Shown piece after piece: positions 56,772 to 64,000 of a DNA stretch of 64,000 nucleotides (positions are counted from its first letter, which is position 1; each line of letters begins with the position of its first letter). The notes under the pieces were generated by a model. The model searched no databases. It was not told the DNA's origin and was given only the letters and a program-made list of their open reading frames with translations. The DNA is taken from assembly GCA_021537435.1 (NCBI GenBank), contig GCA_021537435.1_3050.1; one strand, 5' to 3'. Made by a program: the position numbers and the translations under genes. The stretch is from a phage.

Positions 56772-57927
56772 TTAACTGATCTAGGTCAGTTTCTAAATCA
56801 GCTGCTGATTTACTTTTACTTTCTGGAGATTTAAATTTTTCAACCTTTGAGTTAATCAATTCATCAACTTCAGCTTCAACAATTTCATTACTATCAATAG
56901 CACCTAACTGATAAGCACGTTTAATAGCATCTCGGAATGGCTGATGCTTAAATAAAGGACCCCAGAATGTAGTGCAGTTGGTATCTTTTGCACGCCAAGA
57001 TTTTTCTTCGCGAATCATCTCACCGGTTTCTTCGTCAAGAAATTCACGAGCATACCAGCCATTTTTAGGTTTTACCACAAATCCTAATTCTAGAGCCATA
57101 TCTAACAATCCAGAATAAGGATCGATGCCACCGTCAAATTTAACATCAATAAAGAATTTACTTTTTTCTTTAACGGTACGAGATTTTTCTACATTTAGAA
57201 CAAATTGATACCCCTGAAGATCAGAACCATCTTTAATCTGGCGCTTACCGATAATGAATACAGTATCAGCCGAATACATTACGCCTGTACCACCTGTCAT
57301 CACGGTTTTACTAAACATTTCAATTGTTTCAATTGTATGGTTAACCGCAACACATGGAATGTTTTTAATACTAAAATAAGGAGTAACAATACGGAATAAT
57401 GACTTCAGTGATTTAGCACGAGTCATATCTGCCACAGATTTTTCATTCAAGGCATCTTCCGTTTCTTTCTTAGAAGCCATATTACCAATTGAGTCAATGA
57501 ATACAATAACTTTTTCACCACGCTCAATAGCTTCAAGCTGATTCACCATATCAATTTTCAGCTGTTCAACTGACTGAATTGGTGTATGAATTACTCGTTC
57601 CGGGTCAACTCCCATGGATCGCAAATAAGCTGGAGTAATACCAAATTCGCTATCATAGAATAGACATACCGCGTCAGGATATTTGTTCAAATACGCCGCA
57701 ACCATGGTCAAAGACATATTTGATTTAAAGTGTTTAGAAGGACCTGCAAAAATAGTTAAACCAGACTGCATACCACCATCAATCGCACCTGAAATAGCGA
57801 TATTAAGCATTGGGATTTTTGTACGGATTACATCCTTTTCATTAAAGAATTTAGATGTAGTCAGTTCAGCAGTCATTTTAGAAGTGGAAGCTTTAATCAA
57901 ACGGGATTTTAAATCTGCAATAGACAT
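56746..57927 (-). CDS. uvsX: UvsX recombinase (RecA-like)
   Basis: 393-aa ORF MSIADLKSRLIKASTSKMTAELTTSKFFNEKDVIRTKIPMLNIAISGAIDGG... Confidence 0.9.
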   Translation of the reverse strand: MSIADLKSRLIKASTSKMTAELTTSKFFNEKDVIRTKIPMLNIAISGAIDGGMQSGLTIFAGPSKHFKSNMSLTMVAAYLNKYPDAVCLFYDSEFGITPAYLRSMGVDPERVIHTPIQSVEQLKIDMVNQLEAIERGEKVIVFIDSIGNMASKKETEDALNEKSVADMTRAKSLKSLFRIVTPYFSIKNIPCVAVNHTIETIEMFSKTVMTGGTGVMYSADTVFIIGKRQIKDGSDLQGYQFVLNVEKSRTVKEKSKFFIDVKFDGGIDPYSGLLDMALELGFVVKPKNGWYAREFLDEETGEMIREEKSWRAKDTNCTTFWGPLFKHQPFRDAIKRAYQLGAIDSNEIVEAEVDELINSKVEKFKSPESKSKSAADLETDLDQLSDMEEFNE

Positions 57928-58004
57928 TCATTTTTTCCATAGGCATCATTATATTTTCCTCACTGGTTAAAGATAAAGTAATTATAACACAATAAATTTA
58001 GGCA

Positions 58005-58853
58005 TTAATCAACTGCTATTGGATGAATAGCATTAAACTTATGAAACGCTTCTGATTTTTCTTTGCGCGAAACACACATGCGAAGAACCTTTAATGGCTC
58101 ATCTTCTTCACCCAACGATTTTCTCTTTTCAATATTCGATGTTTTCCAACGAGCTTGCTCTGGAAACTCTCTATTGATTTGCTCAAGAGCTCTATTATGT
58201 TTTGAATTACTACGAATTGAACTACATCCGCCGGGAGCCTGTGCTTTTCCAGATACAACCAGATATTTGAACAAGGCCAAATGCGGATAACCTTGATTAA
58301 TTAAATTGAGAAATGCATACATATCTTCGCATAAATCAATTTTTCCATACCCAATTTGTTCTGTCGTAAGTTTTCCAAGGTCATACCATGTATTCGTGAA
58401 TCCATATGAATTTTCACGATAATTACCCCAAGATGAAGTAATTTTAAAAATAGGCAGACGAGCATGACCATGATAATACCCGCAATCCATGGCATCTTCA
58501 ACGTATTGAATCAATTCATAGAACTGTTCACGGGTTAATTGATTAATTTTATCTACGCAGCGACGATCATCTTTCTTTCGCATTGAACTCATACGAATAG
58601 TAGTATCATCATCAATCATCCAAATTCGTTGACCTGCATACATATCAGTAATTGCTTTACGAGTACCAGCAATTCCATTAACATCATCAGGAATAGTTAT
58701 AATTTTAGCTCTAGACCCATAAGCGTCATAATAAGCTTTTTCTTCGTGTTCACGTACTACAATATGTGGTTCATAATCAGTCGGAAACATATCAAGGGCA
58801 GAAACTGCCCCTACGCGTTGATAGCTTGGAATTACGAATTGAATCATTTCCAC
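58005..58853 (-). CDS. DNA glycosyltransferase, GT-A fold with DxD motif (likely T2/T6-type beta-glucosyl-HMC alpha-glucosyltransferase)
   Basis: 282-aa ORF with QRIWMIDDDTTI; sits at the T4 beta-gt locus between 42 and uvsX but does not resemble T4 beta-gt. Confidence 0.6.
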   Translation of the reverse strand: MEMIQFVIPSYQRVGAVSALDMFPTDYEPHIVVREHEEKAYYDAYGSRAKIITIPDDVNGIAGTRKAITDMYAGQRIWMIDDDTTIRMSSMRKKDDRRCVDKINQLTREQFYELIQYVEDAMDCGYYHGHARLPIFKITSSWGNYRENSYGFTNTWYDLGKLTTEQIGYGKIDLCEDMYAFLNLINQGYPHLALFKYLVVSGKAQAPGGCSSIRSNSKHNRALEQINREFPEQARWKTSNIEKRKSLGEEDEPLKVLRMCVSRKEKSEAFHKFNAIHPIAVD

Positions 58854-59584
58854 TCACCGTTATAATCTTTTTTCGCAATATGAGTTTCGCCAGTTTTCCA
58901 CCAATGGTCAACCAAATAAAAATGACGGGAATACACGTGAAGGCTCCCGACATTCCATATAATGGAACCTGCTTTATACTGACGAGTTGAATCACCTGCA
59001 TTCAAATCAGATACTAATTTATCTAGTACGTATTTTTGCCATGCATAATCATTACGGAATCCGAAGACCACGTCATTTGAACGCATGCTTACTACTGCAT
59101 TGACTTTCTTATCACGAATCAGGTACTGTACTGTATTCGTACACATGAAATCTGACATACCATCTTTATTGTAGTCAAACTGCATGGATGGACGAGTATA
59201 AATCATGATACCACGTCGAGAATCAGGATTTTGACCAAGTTCAGCTAAACACATATCATACTGGGCATAGTTATCTTCTGACCAGATGGCCCAACCATAA
59301 TTCGAGTTAATTTCGCCTTTAGAAGATGCTACCTGTTGCCAAATCTTCGGTGTTTCGCCCGGAATATCTTTAACAAACAAACTTTTAGATTTATACCATT
59401 CAAGTTCACGCTGAATGTATTCATCATTAAGAGCGCCAAAAATAAACGGTTCATCTGCTACAAATGATGCGCCAATAATTTCAATAGTTTTAACGCCAGT
59501 TTTATCAATTACGAAATCTTTTTCCTTTAACGCAATTCCCAAATGAAGACGAGTTTCTTCAACTGTCAAAGAGTCATTAATCAT
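58844..59584 (-). CDS. 42: dCMP hydroxymethylase gp42
   Basis: 246-aa ORF MINDSLTVEETRLHLGIALKEKDFVIDKTGVKTIEIIGASFV... Confidence 0.9.
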   Translation of the reverse strand: MINDSLTVEETRLHLGIALKEKDFVIDKTGVKTIEIIGASFVADEPFIFGALNDEYIQRELEWYKSKSLFVKDIPGETPKIWQQVASSKGEINSNYGWAIWSEDNYAQYDMCLAELGQNPDSRRGIMIYTRPSMQFDYNKDGMSDFMCTNTVQYLIRDKKVNAVVSMRSNDVVFGFRNDYAWQKYVLDKLVSDLNAGDSTRQYKAGSIIWNVGSLHVYSRHFYLVDHWWKTGETHIAKKDYNGEWK

Positions 59585-59737
59585 TTAAACCTCAATTGAT
59601 ACATTCATATTTAACTTGTAACAGTAATAAACTCCACCCTATAATAAGCGTTGGAATCATACAAGGAACCGTTACGCTATAGTATATACTTATTATAATC
59701 ATCAAGATTAAAAGCAATACTGTTAAAATTTTGCTTT

Positions 59738-59989
59738 TCATTCCTTCTCTCTGATGATAATTACTTGATTTTGCTGCACAGATTTTTTAGTTTCACCCGC
59801 AATTGACCAAATAAATGTAATAAACCAACCAATAATTGACCAGTTAAACAGTAAAGATGTGAAAAAGATTCCTACTGTCGATTTTGACCCGCGCATCAAG
59901 GCGATGAACCATGGAAGCATGTATATAATAATAGCCAACACGCATGAAACTAAAACCATAAAAATTGAACCTGCTACTAAAGTTTCCAT
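59738..59989 (-). CDS. imm: immunity (superinfection exclusion) membrane protein
   Basis: 83-aa ORF with two TM helices. Confidence 0.7.
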   Translation of the reverse strand: METLVAGSIFMVLVSCVLAIIIYMLPWFIALMRGSKSTVGIFFTSLLFNWSIIGWFITFIWSIAGETKKSVQQNQVIIIREKE

Positions 59990-59996
59990 CTTTTCC

Positions 59997-60377
59997 TCAC
60001 TTAGTCAAATTTTTTACACATGAATTATAAGAATTCACTACATACTCCATTGGAGCATTTTTACCAGTTCGCCATTGGTAATTATTAGCCCAATTAGCCC
60101 AAAGTTCGGCGCAGTAGTTTTCAATTTTTTCTTCGCGTGTAATTACATCTGAATTACGATATGCTTGAGCAGATTCATCTGGACGAATGGCTTCGTCAAA
60201 ATTCGCCTGCATATGTTCTACTGTCTGTTTTGGAGCTTCTTTATAACACTTGACGTTAGGATTATAAAATTTGCTTGAACAGTTTACAATTTTTCCTACA
60301 TCAGATTGATTTACTACCGGTCCTTGAGCTACACAACCAGTAAGACCCAATGCAATAACCAAAATAGCGATTTTCAT
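59997..60377 (-). CDS. hypothetical lipoprotein (126 aa)
   Basis: start MKIAILVIALGLTGCVAQ (lipobox LTGC); the longer track ORF reads through the upstream early promoter. Confidence 0.5.
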   Translation of the reverse strand: MKIAILVIALGLTGCVAQGPVVNQSDVGKIVNCSSKFYNPNVKCYKEAPKQTVEHMQANFDEAIRPDESAQAYRNSDVITREEKIENYCAELWANWANNYQWRTGKNAPMEYVVNSYNSCVKNLTK

Positions 60378-60411
60378 TTCATTCTCCAAATCCGTATCAG
60401 TTGATAGTTGT

Positions 60412-60440
60412 ATAGTACCACAGAGGAACAGTCTTGTAAA
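60412..60440 (-). promoter_or_regulatory. early promoter, conserved cassette, upstream of the imm.1-position lipoprotein gene
   Basis: rc GGTTTACA, 17 nt, TACTAT. Confidence 0.55.
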
Positions 60441-60523
60441 CCGTTTTGTGAAAAATTTTTTAATGAATTCCAAAGGTCCAGAATCATCTATTTTTCCTAA
60501 GTATAGATTTATATTACTTGTAT

Positions 60524-60546
60524 GAAAAAGGGACCCGGAGGTCCCT
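60524..60546 (-). terminator. rho-independent terminator downstream of gene 43
   Basis: hairpin GGGACC/GGTCCC followed by U-run (minus strand). Confidence 0.55.
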
Positions 60547-60558
60547 AGATTTATTCTA

Positions 60559-63255
60559 TCAGCCAAACAGGAAGTCTAACGAAGCTTTTTCCTCATAGTC
60601 CATACCTGCCGATTCACACATGCCCGCAAGCGGTTTAACAAACGATTTTTGGAACAAAGTTGAGTAGTCAATCCAAGACAGTACGTCAGAACGAATTTCT
60701 TTTGGAAGTTCCGTACCCGATGGCCAAGCAATGCACTTGTCACCAAATGGATTTCCTTCACGTAATGGAAGAACCATTACCTTATTTCCATCCAAAATTG
60801 GAGCTACACCTAAACCGTTAACAGCTCGACGATAAGTTAGTACACCACGAATATGGAATGGGCATTTAAATCCTGGCCAACCTTTATCATCATATTTCGC
60901 TATATCGTTCGCAGTTTTTACTTCAGCAATAACTTTATAGTCAAGTTGACGATATTCTTTCTCAAAGTTCTTGTAGTATTCTTGGACAGACTCTTCGCCT
61001 TCTTGAAGAATACGACGAATACTTTCTTCGAGAGCTTTTTGTACTGCTTTTGGTGTTGAGCTCTGCTGAGTTTCCATACCCATGATTTTTAGATGTGGTT
61101 CGGCAAATCGCTTATCTTCCATATCATAAACGTTCAGAGCATAACGTTTTTTCGCTTTCCAAAATCCACCAACACCCTTTGAACCAAGCGGAGGGCAAGA
61201 AATAGCTTCACGGTCCATATGCATCAGATGCTCGCGGTTATTCATATAGTCACATAACTCACGATATGCAACATCAATCATCGGTTCCATCTTTTTCTTA
61301 CCGAACTGATTCATGAATTCAACTAAATCATTTTGTTCTTTAAAGCGGTCAAGACCTACTTTTTCAATTACTTTATCTACACAAACATATACCGAATCAG
61401 TATCACCTGCTGCGATGAAATCTTCACCATTAGTTCCACATACTTTATTCAGATATTCATTAATTTTGCGAGCAATCCATTGAATACCGACTTGACCGAA
61501 AATTGTGATAGCAGTAGCATTTCGCAAATCATAGTAGCGAAAATGAATATTACCAAGAGCACCATAAAGACTGTTAATAAGAATTTTACGGTTCAGCTGA
61601 TTTGTGTTAGCAAGCGTAGCTGCTTTTTCACATTCTTCGATCAGACTATTAAGAACAGATTCAGTGTAATTCGATAATTCGTTTAAGAAATCATCATTGA
61701 ACTTAACATATCGTTCAACTTCCGGTTTAGTTGAACAAGACCCTGCACCTTTCATAATAATCTTTTTAATAGCTTCGGCATTCATTTCTTCCGCGAACAT
61801 TTTCTTTTTCCAATCTTTACGCTGGAAAAATACTTTAGCGATTTCCTTTGGAATGATACCTTCTTGGTGCTTATCATACATCCATCCATTCGGAGAGCAA
61901 GAATATTCATCACTTGGCTTAGGAGCTGTTCCTGCGATATATTCATGAATTGGATGAACTTTAAACTGCCCACGAATAGTCTCAGGACTAATGTTAACCT
62001 GACGAATAATGCTAGGATACAGAGACGTCAAGTCAAAACTCATAATGTATCGACGAGCAATCGGTTTAGGTTCAAACACAAATGCACCTGGAAAACTCTG
62101 TTTAACGTGCGAACCTTGTTGAGGAATAACCTTATGTTCACCTTTCAGTGAGTTAAAAATAATAGCATCCCAAGTTTTAATAGGACTCATTACACCAGAA
62201 AAAGGCATTTTAGCGTAATAAGACATACTTAAAACTAGATCGATAAACCCACGAATTTTATCAATTGCTTGAACTGATTCTACGTCAATGATGTTATAAC
62301 TAATGTATCGTTGATGATTAGTCTCACGAAGTTTATTAATAGGACCATCGTACGGCAATTTACCTTTTTTGGTTTCATGTTGAGCAACTGATTCCAAAGA
62401 GAACGATGGCAAATTAGTAAATGCGAATTTCTTGTACAAATCTAAATAATCAAGAATAGATACGCCATCAATAGAATAAATTTCTTTGCTACCGTACATA
62501 TTTTGAATTAGTTTAGATTTTACTCGACCGATTGGAGAGAAGCGTTTCATACTGCGTTCACCGAGAACCATTTTAACGCGATTCATGATATACGGAACGT
62601 CAAATCCCTCAATATTCCAACCAGTAAAAATAGCAGGTCGTTTTTGTTCCCAGAGATTAATATATTCCATGAGCATATCACGCTCATTATCAAATGGCAT
62701 ATAAATTACTCGGTCAAGAATTTCTTGAGGAACTTCATCACCACCTTCACAGTCAAGCTTAGCAGCTAACTTTGCATCCCATTTTGATACTGAACCGTAC
62801 ATTGAATTCAACAAATCAAAGACGTAAAAACGATCGTCAATTGAATCATAATGAGTGATAGCATCAATTTCATATTCTGCTTTCATTGGGTCAGGAAATT
62901 TATCACCAGTAACCTCAATGTCGCAGTTAGCTACACGAACAAATTTTCGGTCATAAACAATTTCTGAACCATATGTATCACTGATATAAGCGAGTTTAAA
63001 ATCGTTCATACCAAGAGCTTCGAGACCGATGTCTTCCATTCGTTTCATCCAATCTCGTGCATCTTTCATTGATGGAAATTTTTGAGGAGCACAGTTTTTA
63101 CCATAAATGTCTTTGTATTTTGACTCTTCCTTACAATGCCTAAACATAGTCGGAAGATATTCTACTTCACGAGTACGTTCCTTTCCGTTTTCATCAATAT
63201 AGCGCTCAACAATGTTATTTCCGACTGTTTCGATAGAGATATAAAATTCTTTCAT
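60559..63255 (-). CDS. 43: DNA polymerase gp43 (family B)
   Basis: 898-aa ORF MKEFYISIETVGNNIVERYIDENGKERTREVEYLPTMFRH...; exo motifs and DTDS polymerase motif. Confidence 0.95.
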   Translation of the reverse strand: MKEFYISIETVGNNIVERYIDENGKERTREVEYLPTMFRHCKEESKYKDIYGKNCAPQKFPSMKDARDWMKRMEDIGLEALGMNDFKLAYISDTYGSEIVYDRKFVRVANCDIEVTGDKFPDPMKAEYEIDAITHYDSIDDRFYVFDLLNSMYGSVSKWDAKLAAKLDCEGGDEVPQEILDRVIYMPFDNERDMLMEYINLWEQKRPAIFTGWNIEGFDVPYIMNRVKMVLGERSMKRFSPIGRVKSKLIQNMYGSKEIYSIDGVSILDYLDLYKKFAFTNLPSFSLESVAQHETKKGKLPYDGPINKLRETNHQRYISYNIIDVESVQAIDKIRGFIDLVLSMSYYAKMPFSGVMSPIKTWDAIIFNSLKGEHKVIPQQGSHVKQSFPGAFVFEPKPIARRYIMSFDLTSLYPSIIRQVNISPETIRGQFKVHPIHEYIAGTAPKPSDEYSCSPNGWMYDKHQEGIIPKEIAKVFFQRKDWKKKMFAEEMNAEAIKKIIMKGAGSCSTKPEVERYVKFNDDFLNELSNYTESVLNSLIEECEKAATLANTNQLNRKILINSLYGALGNIHFRYYDLRNATAITIFGQVGIQWIARKINEYLNKVCGTNGEDFIAAGDTDSVYVCVDKVIEKVGLDRFKEQNDLVEFMNQFGKKKMEPMIDVAYRELCDYMNNREHLMHMDREAISCPPLGSKGVGGFWKAKKRYALNVYDMEDKRFAEPHLKIMGMETQQSSTPKAVQKALEESIRRILQEGEESVQEYYKNFEKEYRQLDYKVIAEVKTANDIAKYDDKGWPGFKCPFHIRGVLTYRRAVNGLGVAPILDGNKVMVLPLREGNPFGDKCIAWPSGTELPKEIRSDVLSWIDYSTLFQKSFVKPLAGMCESAGMDYEEKASLDFLFG

Positions 63256-63304
63256 AGATATTCCTTAGTTTATAGCCCGAGTTATTAGGCTCTTGATATA
63301 TTAT

Positions 63305-63331
63305 ACTCCAAATAAGGGGCCGAAGCCCCTT
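63305..63331 (-). terminator. hairpin terminator downstream of regA
   Basis: GGGGC-UUCG-GCCCC then UUAUUU on the minus-strand transcript; overlaps a TATAAT upstream of gene 43. Confidence 0.5.
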
Positions 63332-63333
63332 GC

Positions 63334-63702
63334 TTAATTACCAATCGTATATTTAGGAACGAGTTTCCATTCGTGTTTCTGTTTAAAAGAAATAACTCGG
63401 AAGTTATTGGTTAAATCTTTCATAAAAGTTCTTTGACCAGGAACGATTTCAATCAGTCCCCAATCTTCTAACAGCCATGCAATCGAATCACGACGAACTT
63501 CATCTTCTTCTGTCATTTCAACCTGACGGCCATCCATACGAAGCATTTCTTTAAAATGAACGATATAGTATAGTCCTTTTTTCTGAAGAATGTGGCAGGA
63601 CTGATACAGAACTTTATCTTTATTGTTAGCAATTCCCATGCGAGTCAAAGTTTCTTTTACTTTCAGAAAATCTTCAGGTTTTTTAAGAGTAATTTCAATC
63701 AT
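63334..63702 (-). CDS. regA: translational repressor RegA
   Basis: 122-aa ORF MIEITLKKPEDFLKVKETLTRMGIANNKDKVLYQSCHIL... Confidence 0.85.
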   Translation of the reverse strand: MIEITLKKPEDFLKVKETLTRMGIANNKDKVLYQSCHILQKKGLYYIVHFKEMLRMDGRQVEMTEEDEVRRDSIAWLLEDWGLIEIVPGQRTFMKDLTNNFRVISFKQKHEWKLVPKYTIGN

Positions 63703-63703
63703 T

Positions 63704-64000
63704 TTACCATTCCAATGCTAGTTTTTTGAGTTGTTTCTGTTCTTTTACATTCTTAGTCACTTCTTTTAAAAAATCATCCGTGACTAAACCTTTTAGTTCT
63801 TTTAAAACTAAAGGAAGTTTTCCATTTTTAGTAAGAATTGATTTATAGTTAATTGCATCATTTGTATTAACTTGATACCGCTTAGCAAGTAACTTAATAA
63901 TCAATACTTCAGTAGAATCTTCGACCAGTTTTGCCCATTTACCATATCTTTTACCCCGAGGAACAGCAGCCATCAGATAATTAAAATGGGCTTCATCGCT
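63704..64000 (-). CDS. 62: clamp-loader small subunit gp62, C-terminal part (gene runs off window end)
   Basis: ORF open to the window edge; stop abuts regA start. Confidence 0.7.
   Translation of the reverse strand, partial: SDEAHFNYLMAAVPRGKRYGKWAKLVEDSTEVLIIKLLAKRYQVNTNDAINYKSILTKNGKLPLVLKELKGLVTDDFLKEVTKNVKEQKQLKKLALEW

Noticed and set aside
59997-60566. Long N-terminal extensions of track ORFs (also 13512-13814 and 33456-33665) sharing the peptide FLCGTIQLS
   Set aside because: The shared peptide is the translation of the conserved early-promoter cassette; the true starts are the downstream ATGs with RBS

Overview
This 64 kb window is a segment of a T-even (T4-like, Tequatrovirus-type) Escherichia phage genome; nothing in it looks bacterial. 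All identifications are from reading the ORF translations and sequence against remembered T4 biology; no database search was run. Gene order matches T4 from pseT (partial, window start) through alc, rnlA, denA, nrdB, nrdA, td, frd, 32, 59, 33, dsbA and rnh on the minus strand, then the plus-strand late tail-fibre block 34-35-36-37-38 plus holin t, then minus-strand early genes asiA, arn, motA, 52, stp, ndd, denB, rIIB, rIIA, 39, motB, dexA, dda, srd, modA, modB, soc, 56, 61, sp, dmd, 41, uvsX, 42, imm, 43, regA and the 3' part of 62 (window end). Two group I introns are present with intact homing-endonuclease ORFs (td with I-TevI, nrdB with a full-length I-TevIII). Several features differ from what I recall of T4 and resemble T2/T6/RB3-type phages: a single fused topoisomerase gene 39 with no gene 60, a DxD glycosyltransferase at the beta-gt locus, a T2-type gp37 with a C-terminal intramolecular-chaperone domain plus a glycine-rich gp38 adhesin, and no seg/mob endonuclease genes at the usual T4 sites. 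The two best candidates for new cargo are a Dam-family N6-adenine methyltransferase gene in the nrdA-nrdB spacer and an unrecognised ~115-codon ORF inserted exactly at the frd/td junction, flanked by a 9-bp direct repeat. I found no complete undescribed multi-gene system; the rest is conserved T-even core plus small early ORFs of unknown function.
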